Positions 10,538 to 19,932 of a DNA stretch of 64,000 nt are shown here, one piece after another. The notes under the pieces were generated by a model. It was not told where the DNA came from and ran no database searches. It saw only the letters and a list, made by a program, of their open reading frames with translations. The position numbers and the translations under genes are program-made. How positions within the stretch are numbered: the first letter of the stretch is position 1; each line of letters begins with the position of its first letter. Source of the stretch: Cyanobacteria bacterium P01_A01_bin.123 (GTDB taxonomy: Bacteria > Cyanobacteriota > Cyanobacteriia > Phormidesmidales > Phormidesmidaceae); contig JBCBZT010000009.1 of assembly GCA_039815185.1 (NCBI GenBank), positions 128,001-192,000 on the forward strand, written 5' to 3'.

Positions 10538-10939
10538 TTAGACACAAGACTGTTTTGCCCAAGCGGACTGGACTAGAGTTGTTAAGATGTCGCCGCTCAA
10601 AGGCTTGACTAAAAAGCCATCAATTCCTGAGTAGTCTTCTTCATAAATCCAACTGGGATTATGGGACTCAGTTAGGGCAACAATAGTCACGCCAGATTTT
10701 TGGCCAGAACTTTGGATAGTCCACCTCAGCTTGTGAACCAACGACTGAGCTGAATCTTGATGATTTCCGGCCAAAATGACCAGATAAGGCGCTATTTGCC
10801 CAGCCCTAGCCACAGCCTGCTCAATAGAATTAGCAACAAATACCGAACATCGGAGCCTCTTCAAAACAGACTGAACGATCTGTAAATCGCCACACTGCTG
10901 ATCTAAAAGAAGAATATATTCTTGTTGGGAAACTGTCAT
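10538..10939 (-). CDS. Single-domain atypical (pseudo-)receiver protein
   Basis: Receiver layout (ILLLD, IVALT, GFLVKP), but LVILAG has Ala in place of the phosphoacceptor Asp. Confidence 0.75.
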   Translation of the reverse strand: MTVSQQEYILLLDQQCGDLQIVQSVLKRLRCSVFVANSIEQAVARAGQIAPYLVILAGNHQDSAQSLVHKLRWTIQSSGQKSGVTIVALTESHNPSWIYEEDYSGIDGFLVKPLSGDILTTLVQSAWAKQSCV

Positions 10940-11488
10940 AAGTGGCTAGATGCGTTGGGCATCTCCAAAATTCACCTGAAGTAACGCTCGTACAACTCAT
11001 GCAAAAACGCTATTGTTCTGAAATTGATTACTCTGAAATTGAGTAACCAGCTCAGGATTCGCACCCTTCAATAATAGAGGGATTCAAATTAAGACTCCCA
11101 ATGCTATTTACTTTCTTAAGCTGTTTGACTTGAATTGGGTTTTGAGTATCAAGAAATATCAATTCACTTTGCATAACGCCCTAATTCAAGTTACGCATCG
11201 AAATTGAATTTAAATTAACTTAACCTTCTCAAGATACTTCCTGGAGATCGCAAAACCTTTGCTGAACATGGCTTTGAAGGAATATAATGATCAATTTCTA
11301 AGTGTCAACTCTAGAGAATTGGAAAGCTTTATTAAGATGCCAGCTTTACAAAGCTATCATTTATTTAATCGATATTAAAAACCAAGCAAAAACTAGCAGC
11401 AATGAACTCTAAGACGCTTATTACGTCTAGGACTCTGAACGTTCTTTGTAGTGAAAACAACTTTATTCAAAGAATAAATGTGTGAACC

Positions 11489-12079
11489 ATGAACATCCAT
11501 AGTTCTAAGTCCTGTCTTGCTCAAATGCACAAAATAGATCGATTCCTTTTAGGATTGCTTGGGTTATTTTTGGCTCTAGGAGTGTGGGCCTGTGATCAAT
11601 TGGCAGAAGAGTTAACTATCGTTGTGCAAGACTACACGGCGATCGCAGACGTAACCTATAGCTGGCAGGTAGAGTATGCCGAGAGTTTTGACATTGCCCG
11701 GACGATTCGCCAGGAGACGTTTGCCTCGACTCACCTGACAAACCGTAATGGTGTTGCCCCTGAAGGGGCAGTGACAGGCCCAGATGATCAGGGACTTTGG
11801 TGGCCTGCTTTACCCCCTCGCCCAACGGTTGACGAACTCGAAGCCCGGCAAAAAGAGGCTCGAGAAAAGCGAGCTGACCCAACATTGTTAAAACAGGTGA
11901 ACTATCGCATTGAGTTTGTAACGGATGGGGTAAACCAAACTGCTGCCACCAAACACATTGTCTACCGTCAAGTCGTAAAAGCTCATGCGGCAGGCCAGGT
12001 GCTAATGCTCACGCTTACCCCAGGACAAAATTTTGTGGTTAATGCAGAGCCCCACGAGGGTGATGGAGAAACATTTTGA
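11489..12079 (+). CDS. Hypothetical putative lipoprotein
   Basis: Hydrophobic N-terminus with lipobox-like VWAC; GPDDQGLWWPALPPRP segment; start may be 11525. Confidence 0.7.
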   Translation: MNIHSSKSCLAQMHKIDRFLLGLLGLFLALGVWACDQLAEELTIVVQDYTAIADVTYSWQVEYAESFDIARTIRQETFASTHLTNRNGVAPEGAVTGPDDQGLWWPALPPRPTVDELEARQKEAREKRADPTLLKQVNYRIEFVTDGVNQTAATKHIVYRQVVKAHAAGQVLMLTLTPGQNFVVNAEPHEGDGETF

Positions 12080-12106
12080 GCCGATGGCATCGGCTCAAAA
12101 TGTTTC
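12068..12106. repeat. 39-bp perfect palindrome overlapping a stop codon
   Basis: GAAACATTTTGAGCCGATG-G-CATCGGCTCAAAATGTTTC (19-bp arms). Confidence 0.9.
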
Positions 12107-12179
12107 AATTCTGTAATATAACCTCTAGTTATAGATGGGTTTGGGGCACATTAGGACAAGCGTTAATCCAGTCTTAACC

Positions 12180-12659
12180 ATGTCTACTCGGAGCCTGTTT
12201 GTTTCGATGCTGCTAGGTGTAGGAGTGTGTCTCACCGCAACCACATTGCCAAGTCATGCTCAAGCGGTTGCGGTGAGTGCTGTGCATCAGGCAACGGCAG
12301 CGGCATTGGTTGAGCGGGGTAATGATTTTTATCAACGGGGCGATGTGGAAACTGCGATCGCTTTCTATACCACTGCGATCGAACGGGATCCCAATTCGGT
12401 TTTGGCCTATGTAACCCGGGCTGGAGCCTATGGTGGTACAGGCGACTATGACGCCGCAATTGCAGACTACAATAGCGCGATCGCAATTGACTCTAATGCT
12501 GCCTCTGCCTACGGTGGTCGTGGTTATGCTCGTTATCGCAGCGGTGACACTGACGCCGGCATCGCCGACCTCTGGGATGCGGCCTTACTGTTTCGCAAGC
12601 AGGCCCGTATGGATGCCTATCATGAAACCCTGGGTGTGATTAGACGCCTTGACCCATAG
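12180..12659 (+). CDS. Secreted tetratricopeptide repeat protein
   Basis: Signal peptide ending SHAQA; three TPR motifs (AIAFYTTAI, AIADYNSAI, AYGGRG). Confidence 0.85.
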   Translation: MSTRSLFVSMLLGVGVCLTATTLPSHAQAVAVSAVHQATAAALVERGNDFYQRGDVETAIAFYTTAIERDPNSVLAYVTRAGAYGGTGDYDAAIADYNSAIAIDSNAASAYGGRGYARYRSGDTDAGIADLWDAALLFRKQARMDAYHETLGVIRRLDP

Positions 12660-12739
12660 GATTTGGTTTGGATTTGATTTTTAAGCTCCCATTGTATTTT
12701 CCTTAAAAAGCTCCTAAGTATTGATGCGCTTAAGCTAGA

Positions 12740-15700
12740 GTGAGACAGCGCAAAGTGGCCAAATATTGGGGGATTGTGGTGACGCGAAATGCAAGAGTGC
12801 TGAGAACTATCTTGAAAATTGGCTTGGGTTGCTTGGTGGGTTTTGCCTTGGCGATTTCGGGCCTGTTTGCCAATTTGACTCCGGCCCAACTCGTCTCACT
12901 GCCGAAAACACCCCAGGCAAAAGCATCCCAGTTTGAAATATCACCTGCAACGTCTCCGTCAGTAGCATCCCCAGCCCAGACGCCATCAGCTGAGCTATCC
13001 AGAGCTGCTCATACCCTAGTAACTCTGGATGGGGCTGAATCCTCTAGCTCTGGGACAAAGCAACCCAATCCAGAATCTTCTTCAACTATCAAAGCTGCTG
13101 AGGAAAACGCCAACGGTAGTGAGAATAATGGGGGTTTGCGTCCCTTTGACCAAGTCGTTGGGGGTCTAGAGCCGTTGGCGGGGATGCTGACACTTTATCG
13201 CGATCGCGACAAAGGCAAACTCTATCTTGCACTAACGCCTCAGCAACTGAATCGCAATTTTCTGCTGGTCACGACCCTAGAATCAGGCATTGGCGAAGCA
13301 GGGCTGTTTAATGGTTGGCCGATCAGCGATCAGGTGATTCAGTTCCGCCGGGCTCCGGCTAATCGTCTGCAAGTAGTTGTGCCCAACTTTAACTTTCGAG
13401 GCGAGGGGCAACAGCGACAGATTGAAAATAGTTACAGTGACTCGATACTCTATGGCTTGCCTATTGTCAGCATCAAAGCCGATGATACGGTGCTGATTGA
13501 CTTCAGCAGCCTACTGCTGAGTAACGACCTGGCTGACTTAACCGGCAGATTGGGGTGGGCTTTAGGAGGCTACATTCCCGATTCCACCACCTCTTACATG
13601 TCTGAGGTTAAAGCGTTTCCCCAGAATCTGGAAGTCGAAGCCAACATTGGCTTTAGTGGCCTCTCGGATGGCGGCGTGGGGGGCTTTCCCTTTGGTTTTG
13701 GCAGCCTGCCTGATTCTCGGGGATTTAGCATCTCGGTACACTACAGCCTATCGGAGTTGCCTACTGACAACGGCTACCGTCCCCGTCTGGCCGATGAACG
13801 CATTGGCTACTTTGTCACCGCTTATCAAGAACCTCTGGCTTACGAACGCCGAGATCCCTTTGTGCGCTATGTCCAGCGCTGGCACTTAGAACGTCAACCC
13901 TCGAATGCTGAACTCGCCCCCCCAAAAGAACCGATTGTGTTTTGGCTGGAGAATACAGTGCCTGAACGATACCGGGACGCCATTCGCGAAGGGGCACTAT
14001 GGTGGAATGCTGCCTTTGAGCAAGCGGGGTTTGCAAACGCGATTGAAGTGCGGCAGATGCCTGACGATGCTGACTGGGATCCAGCAGATGTGCGCTACAA
14101 CACGATTCGCTGGTCAAATTCTTATCGGCCTTGGGCAGTCGCTTTGGGGCCATCGCGAGTAAATCCGCTGACGGGTGAGATCCTAGATGCCGATGTGATT
14201 ATTGACGCCAATATCATTCGCCAGCTCCGGGGAGAATATCAAAACCTAGCCGGTAACGGGTCGGACAATACTTATCTTTACAGCCAACTGTGTGGTCATC
14301 GGTTCCAAGCCCATATTGAACGTTGGTTGGCAATGCAGCAGGGGATGGATTTGGCCGAGGTGATGCAGCAGGGGTTTGAACTACCAGGGTTGTCTTTAGC
14401 AGACCATGACGTTACGCACAATACTTGCTTTGGGGTAGAATCTTCGCGACAGTTAGCCTTTGGCGGTTTGATGTTGTCTACTCTGCGGTTAGACCCGGCC
14501 AACCCGACAGCGGTCAACGCTTACATTCAGCAATATCTAAGTATGCTCACGGCCCATGAGGTCGGTCATACCTTGGGATTGCGCCACAATTTTCAGGGGA
14601 GTTTGCTGCGATCGCCTGACGAACTCAATGACCCCAGTCTCACCCAAACTGAGGGCATTGCCAATTCTGTCATGGACTACTTTCCGGCTAACTTAGCACC
14701 GCCAGGAGCCCCCCAAGCAGACTATTTTCCCAATCAAGTGGGGGCCTACGATCGGTTGGCTGTCGAGTATGGCTACACCGATACCGGAGCCATGCATCCC
14801 AATCAAGAAGTGCGTACGCTAGAAGCGATCGCCCAACGCATGAGCATTGAGGGTTTGGCCTATGCAACCGACGAGGACATTTTTAGCTTTTTAGATCCAG
14901 AAGCGCAGGCCTTTGATTTAAGCAGCGATCCAATGCAGTTTGCCCAGTGGCAAATGGACAATGCCCGAGAACACTGGCAGCGGCTAGATGGTGCCTATCT
15001 GTTACCGGAGCAAGGCTATGAGGAATTGCGCGATCGCTTTGAAACAGTCTATTGGTATTACGCCAACCAGGTGTTTACCCTGTCAGGCTATGTCGGTGGG
15101 CAAAACTTCAGCCGCCAACGGGCTGGCGACAGTGCTATTAGTGGTCGGCTGCCCTTTGAACCCGTGCCCATTGAGCAGCAGCGACAGGCATTAGCGTTGC
15201 TTAATACCTATGTGTTTGCCCCCGATGCCTTCCAGTTTTCCCCAACCTTGATCAACCAACTGGCTCCCGAGCGCTGGTACCACTGGGGCAGTCTTCCGAT
15301 CATTGCCCCGCTGGAGTACCCAATTTACGATCGCGTTTCTTTTCTTCAGGGTTTAGCGCTGATTGATGTGCTCTCGGGTGCCCGACTGTCTCGCTTACAG
15401 TCCGTTGCCATCGGCGATGCAGCAAGTGAAACGCTGAGCATTCCCGAACTATTTGACACAGTACAAGGAGATGTTTGGCAAGAACTAGCTGACTCTGACA
15501 CGGGCAATGTTTCCACCCTGCGTCGGGGATTACAACGCCATTACCTCGATATTCTCACAGGGCTGGTGTTGCAAAACCCTAGTCAACCGACTAACTTTTT
15601 AGAGCTAGTAATTGCTTTTGAAACCCTCTATGCACCAGAAGACGCCAAGGTGATCGCGCGTTATAAACTGCGCCAGCTAGCACAAGATATTCAAACCAGT

Positions 15701-15805
15701 CTTGATCGCCACGGCGATCGCCTAGATGTGTCTACCCGCGCCCATTTAGAAGACAGCCGCGATCGCATTCAGCAAACGCTCAGCGCACGGCGCACGGCGG
15801 GATAG
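12740..15805 (+). CDS. Secreted zinc metalloprotease, EcxA/DUF5117-DUF4953-like metzincin
   Basis: HEVGHTLGLRHNF zinc motif, Met-turn SVMDY, YRPRLADERIGYF, NPLTGEILDAD; start codon uncertain. Confidence 0.88.
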   Translation: MRQRKVAKYWGIVVTRNARVLRTILKIGLGCLVGFALAISGLFANLTPAQLVSLPKTPQAKASQFEISPATSPSVASPAQTPSAELSRAAHTLVTLDGAESSSSGTKQPNPESSSTIKAAEENANGSENNGGLRPFDQVVGGLEPLAGMLTLYRDRDKGKLYLALTPQQLNRNFLLVTTLESGIGEAGLFNGWPISDQVIQFRRAPANRLQVVVPNFNFRGEGQQRQIENSYSDSILYGLPIVSIKADDTVLIDFSSLLLSNDLADLTGRLGWALGGYIPDSTTSYMSEVKAFPQNLEVEANIGFSGLSDGGVGGFPFGFGSLPDSRGFSISVHYSLSELPTDNGYRPRLADERIGYFVTAYQEPLAYERRDPFVRYVQRWHLERQPSNAELAPPKEPIVFWLENTVPERYRDAIREGALWWNAAFEQAGFANAIEVRQMPDDADWDPADVRYNTIRWSNSYRPWAVALGPSRVNPLTGEILDADVIIDANIIRQLRGEYQNLAGNGSDNTYLYSQLCGHRFQAHIERWLAMQQGMDLAEVMQQGFELPGLSLADHDVTHNTCFGVESSRQLAFGGLMLSTLRLDPANPTAVNAYIQQYLSMLTAHEVGHTLGLRHNFQGSLLRSPDELNDPSLTQTEGIANSVMDYFPANLAPPGAPQADYFPNQVGAYDRLAVEYGYTDTGAMHPNQEVRTLEAIAQRMSIEGLAYATDEDIFSFLDPEAQAFDLSSDPMQFAQWQMDNAREHWQRLDGAYLLPEQGYEELRDRFETVYWYYANQVFTLSGYVGGQNFSRQRAGDSAISGRLPFEPVPIEQQRQALALLNTYVFAPDAFQFSPTLINQLAPERWYHWGSLPIIAPLEYPIYDRVSFLQGLALIDVLSGARLSRLQSVAIGDAASETLSIPELFDTVQGDVWQELADSDTGNVSTLRRGLQRHYLDILTGLVLQNPSQPTNFLELVIAFETLYAPEDAKVIARYKLRQLAQDIQTSLDRHGDRLDVSTRAHLEDSRDRIQQTLSARRTAG

Positions 15806-15819
15806 ACGTAGGGATTAGG

Positions 15820-16185
15820 TTATTCGGCATAAACGGTTTCATCTGCTTTTTGCCAAGCTGGATCCACGATGCAAATAAACACCAGCGGTTGGTCGCCGCA
15901 GTTGTGAATAAACTGTTTGGCACTGGGCGGGATGTAAACGGCATCTCCTGCTTCTACACGCTGAGTTTCGTCATTGATGTGCATCTCTCCTTGACCGCTG
16001 AGAATGTAATACACCTCAGTTGTTTTCAAGGCATGGGTAGCAGAGGTTTGGCCCACAGGGACAATGGCGTGAGCCAAACTGTAGCGCAGGGCTAGCGGCT
16101 GTTTGTCTGGATGCAAGAGTTCTCGCAGTAGGGTGCCGTCACCTGCGACAAACTCTGGACAGTCCATTAGTTTTTGTATGAGCAT
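15820..16185 (-). CDS. Cupin domain protein
   Basis: HALKTTEVYYILSGQG and GDAVYIPP cupin motifs; start MLIQKL at 16185. Confidence 0.88.
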   Translation of the reverse strand: MLIQKLMDCPEFVAGDGTLLRELLHPDKQPLALRYSLAHAIVPVGQTSATHALKTTEVYYILSGQGEMHINDETQRVEAGDAVYIPPSAKQFIHNCGDQPLVFICIVDPAWQKADETVYAE

Positions 16186-16318
16186 TGCAAGTTGCCTATT
16201 AGCTTTTCTCCTTAGCCAACATGAGTTCAACTAACAGAGTTGACTATTCACAATTTTTTCTGTGTACATATACAGACAATCTGTCTGATGTTCTAATCAT
16301 CCATCGTAGACAGCATTC

Positions 16319-16525
16319 TTACTGCCCACGCTCCGGCTTACAATCTGCAAAGCCCAGTGCCTTACTGTCCAGAAAGCTGGCAATTGCCATTTCAACGACA
16401 GTCTCAACTGGATACTCTACTTCAGCGGCACGAGTGACTAAATCTGCACGAATTTGCTCAGATAATCGCCCTAAAATCACTTCAGCATCAGTAGGGGAAA
16501 GTTGCTCTTGAAGTTTGGCCTGCAT
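16319..16525 (-). CDS. Small hypothetical protein
   Basis: 68 aa with upstream GGAAGG RBS; EYPVETVVEMAIASFLD looks like a conserved cyanobacterial small protein. Confidence 0.6.
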   Translation of the reverse strand: MQAKLQEQLSPTDAEVILGRLSEQIRADLVTRAAEVEYPVETVVEMAIASFLDSKALGFADCKPERGQ

Positions 16526-16989
16526 GGCATCACCTTCCAGTTGGGGTTTGAGCGTTGTAAGGGGGTTCAGTTGCCTGAGGTTAAGCTGTGATTCGCTTCA
16601 GCACTGTTTACGTAGGTGAAAGCTGATGGTAGCCACATCGCCCTTTAGTCTCGGGATATCTACACCCTCGCGGCGAACATGCTGATGGGCACCATGCTTA
16701 CCTGCGGTAGCTACTGCTCTAATAAGCTCTGCAAGCTCAAGCAGCGAATTCTCAGAACCACAAAGTATCGATCTCAACATGATGATGACCCCCGTCAGGA
16801 TCGGGGCTATTTAATCCATATATAAAGGCTTCTAATATATCTGACGTGCACGTTTTCATTAATGCTCTGACTGTGGGGTATCTGCGTTCAGAACTCTAAA
16901 AGAAGATGACTATGCAAGCGAAGTTTCTGCTGCAAATAGGTGATAAACAAGCCTAACGATTTCAAAGTTCACAGGGGTAAACTCTATCC

Positions 16990-17382
16990 CTAGCCATCTA
17001 CCTTTGCCACAGGCAGATGCCACTGGGCCGACTCAAAATCCTCACAGCCAATCGCTGTTTCAGAGAGGGCATCGGTCGGATGTACGGGGCATTTAAGATG
17101 GTAGTTTTGGGTGAAATATTTGCAATCAGCACAGGGGATACGGTGCATGGTTTGAGCACGAGAAAAGCCATCGCGGAGGGCACTCCAAAGGGTCCACACA
17201 CTAATGCCCACAATCAGCCAAGCCAAGCCAAAACATAGCGGTACCCGCATCGGCTGAATCCACTCGATCAGTTGATATAGGCCACGCAACACAAATACGA
17301 TGACAAAATCCACGATTGCTAACGATTCTAAATTCTTGTTTCTACGAGCATAGAAAGAATATCTAACTGCGATCGCGGACAT
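16990..17382 (-). CDS. Hypothetical membrane protein with Cys/His-rich C-terminus
   Basis: TM helix followed by HRIPCADCKYF...LKCPVHP...CEDF; true start probably downstream of 17382. Confidence 0.7.
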   Translation of the reverse strand: MSAIAVRYSFYARRNKNLESLAIVDFVIVFVLRGLYQLIEWIQPMRVPLCFGLAWLIVGISVWTLWSALRDGFSRAQTMHRIPCADCKYFTQNYHLKCPVHPTDALSETAIGCEDFESAQWHLPVAKVDG

Positions 17383-17431
17383 TTACAGGACTTTGTGTTT
17401 CGTTGCATGTCTTGCCAATCTAGCCCCCCCA

Positions 17432-18235
17432 TCACCGTTCGGCATTTCGCAGCAAATCCAACCGCAGCTGGTGGGCTGGACTCAAAAGCCGATAAAAGGC
17501 TAGCAACACTATCCCAAACGTCCCAAGCGCCGTCCCTGAGGCAATCATAAAGACAATCACGATCTGATACCGCACTGCATCGATAGGACTAGCCCCCGCG
17601 AGAATTTGGCCAGTCATCATACCGGGTAGACTAACCAGGCCCATCACCATCATGGAGTTGGTGATCGGAATCATGCCCGTCCTTACTGCCTCTTGAATCT
17701 GCGGGCGAGCTGCTTCCCAACGAGTTGCTCCCAAGGCCAGTAGCGTTTCAACTTGGGTTTGCTGGTTGACCAAGCTTGCCATGAAGCGGTCTAGACCGAG
17801 GGAAACCCCATTGAGCGTGTTGCCCAACACCATGCCCAGCAAGGGAATCAGGTACTGCGGGTCATACCAGGGATCGACTCGGATGATTGCCCCTAATGCC
17901 AACCCCGTTACTATCGCTGCCGCAACCAACACTGATAAAACACTGTTCCAGTACATGCCCGCAAAACGTCGTTTGGTGCGTCCGACGGCGGATTGTCCGG
18001 CGACGCCAGCCATCAGCAGACCGATGGCAACGATTAGCCAGGGATTTTGCTGGCTAAATAACCACTCCAATACAAACCCAATTAGCAGCAGTTGAACCAC
18101 CATGCGCAGGCTGGCAATGATCAGGGATTGGGTTAGCCCTAGACGAAAGGCAATCGAAATGCCCAAGTTGGCGATTATCAACAACGCAGCTAAGACAAGC
18201 TGGCTGTAGGAAATATCGAGATAATCAGTTGTCAT
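17432..18235 (-). CDS. fetB: FetB/UPF0014 family ABC permease
   Basis: RMVVQLLLIG, PQYLIPLLGMVLGN, ALGAT, GLVSLPGMMTGQILAG, AVRYQ. Confidence 0.85.
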   Translation of the reverse strand: MTTDYLDISYSQLVLAALLIIANLGISIAFRLGLTQSLIIASLRMVVQLLLIGFVLEWLFSQQNPWLIVAIGLLMAGVAGQSAVGRTKRRFAGMYWNSVLSVLVAAAIVTGLALGAIIRVDPWYDPQYLIPLLGMVLGNTLNGVSLGLDRFMASLVNQQTQVETLLALGATRWEAARPQIQEAVRTGMIPITNSMMVMGLVSLPGMMTGQILAGASPIDAVRYQIVIVFMIASGTALGTFGIVLLAFYRLLSPAHQLRLDLLRNAER

Positions 18236-18923
18236 GACTGGCAATAAATTGCTGGAGATTTAGCTGTTTGGAAGTGACCCGATCAATCTGGTTGGGATCG
18301 TGGCTGGTCCAGATGCAGGCGCGATCAGGCGCAGCTTGCAGCCAGTGGTTGAGTAATGCTTCGACTTGGGTTGTGGTTTCTGGATCGAGGGAGGCGGTGG
18401 GTTCATCGAGCAGCAGCACTTGGGGGTTTAGCTGCAACGCCCGTAATAACCCTAAAATTTGGCTCTCTCCCCCGGACAACTGAGGCGCTGATAGGGATAG
18501 GAACTCAGGGCGACGGTTGAGCGCTGCTAAGTCATTCAAGGTGCGATCGCGATCGTAGGTGCGATCGCGATGGGCTGAAAGTTGAAACACCATTTTGAGA
18601 TTTTGCTCAACACTACCCTCAAATAAGCTGGGCCGTTGGGGGAGATAGATCACTTTGGTGCGGTAAATGGGCAGTGACCACTGCGATAAAGATTTGCCTG
18701 CAAAGGAGACAGTCCCCGCTTGGCACGAGTCCAACCTCACCAAAGCCCGCAACAATAAGGTTTTGCCCGAACCTGAAGGGCCAACGAGTCCCAGCCGCAT
18801 GTGGGGTTTGAGGGCAAAGGTGACGCCCTGCCAAAGCCAACGTCCAGACAGCTTGCGACCCAAATGCTCGACTATGAGCAGAGGTGTTGATGGAGAGATT
18901 GAGCGAGCTTGGGTATCAGACAT
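18225..18923 (-). CDS. ABC transporter ATP-binding protein (FetA-like)
   Basis: Walker A GPSGSGKT, LSGGE signature, LLLDEPT, SHD; overlaps the fetB start. Confidence 0.88.
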   Translation of the reverse strand: MSDTQARSISPSTPLLIVEHLGRKLSGRWLWQGVTFALKPHMRLGLVGPSGSGKTLLLRALVRLDSCQAGTVSFAGKSLSQWSLPIYRTKVIYLPQRPSLFEGSVEQNLKMVFQLSAHRDRTYDRDRTLNDLAALNRRPEFLSLSAPQLSGGESQILGLLRALQLNPQVLLLDEPTASLDPETTTQVEALLNHWLQAAPDRACIWTSHDPNQIDRVTSKQLNLQQFIASHDN

Positions 18924-18997
18924 TGGGATTAACTAGAACCAGAGCCTCCAAGTTTCTAGCCTACAATCGAATCAAACCAAAGCTTCCTGAAGCTACT

Positions 18998-19045
18998 ATG
19001 CCTTCACCTTTTCCAGGAATGGATCCCTACCTACAAATTTTCTGA
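18998..19045 (+). pseudogene. N-terminal remnant of a DUF4058-family gene
   Basis: Translates MPSPFPGMDPYLQIF*; MPSPFPGMDPYL is the hallmark N-terminus of that family. Confidence 0.6.
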
Positions 19046-19193
19046 GGCTGACCAAGCCTGGATCAATACTTTGCATGCGCCGACTTGACTCATACTGTTC
19101 GATTGATTTTCGCGATAGGATTTGAGTAAGGACATGGTATGCCGGACTGCGGATCCCATGTGGCCGATATTGAGTTAGGACAGGCAGGCAACA

Positions 19194-19412
19194 ATGTTTA
19201 TGGATGAACTTACCCCCATTTTTACAGAATTGGTGGGCCAGCCAGTTGCTTTCTTCGGCGGGCTGTTTTCGGGTGTCTTCCGTCTCAACCTAGAAGACGA
19301 TCCGGTCAAAACCTGGCTAGATAACCAAGCAGGAGCATCGACTGGAACCACACCTAGCGACCATACTCATAATGGCAAAGCCAATGGTCCACAGACCATT
19401 TCAATTGATTAA
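19194..19412 (+). CDS. Small conserved hypothetical protein
   Basis: QPVAFFGGLFSGVFRLNLEDDPVKTWL...GPQTISID; typical cyanobacterial small protein. Confidence 0.75.
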   Translation: MFMDELTPIFTELVGQPVAFFGGLFSGVFRLNLEDDPVKTWLDNQAGASTGTTPSDHTHNGKANGPQTISID

Positions 19413-19436
19413 TCGCCAGATAAACGTCAATAATCT

Positions 19437-19904
19437 ATGGATGGTTGCGGGTTAACCCTACCCCAAGATCTAACGTCGGGGAAACCGACGTTGATTGCTG
19501 ATGAATGTATTTGGGTACAAGTGTGGCGGAGGACACGCACGAATAACGCCTTGATTGAAGTGATTGTGACCCGGCGATCGCTACCAGATACTTCTCTCAA
19601 ACAGTTCATTCAGTGCCAAACCAGCACATGGATTAAGATTGACGCCCAGACAGATATTGCTATACCAGGTGCGCTCAAGGCCAAACGGGTCGAAGGGCTA
19701 GTGAATATCTACGAAGATCCGGTACCAGAGTGCAACGAACACATCACGGTAGTTTACGCCCTGAATCATCAATACGAATTATTTACCCTGGCAGTGCGAA
19801 CCCTGCCCCAAGTGGCCCAAGGTGCTCGGGCTGAAATTGAATCCTGGATTGCTTCCTTTAGGCTTGATGCCACCAAAGCGCGAAGATCAGCACCTTTCTG
19901 TTAA
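19437..19904 (+). CDS. Hypothetical protein (possible PsbP/Mog1-like fold)
   Basis: 155-aa ORF filling the gap in a co-directional cluster; C-terminal IASFRL pattern; fold call is weak. Confidence 0.5.
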   Translation: MDGCGLTLPQDLTSGKPTLIADECIWVQVWRRTRTNNALIEVIVTRRSLPDTSLKQFIQCQTSTWIKIDAQTDIAIPGALKAKRVEGLVNIYEDPVPECNEHITVVYALNHQYELFTLAVRTLPQVAQGARAEIESWIASFRLDATKARRSAPFC

Positions 19905-19932
19905 GCGAGATCATTCTCTGGATGGGATAACG

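Noticed and set aside
10981..10993. NtcA binding site
   Set aside because: The spacing is GTA-N7-TAC rather than N8
16598..16780. 60-aa ORF as a HicA-like toxin partnered with 16319..16525
   Set aside because: There is only a vague GxH similarity, and no convincing toxin motif in the frames I read
19822..19932. N-terminal extension of the chelatase ORF
   Set aside because: It overlaps the upstream ORF; family-like sequence begins at the ATG at 19933
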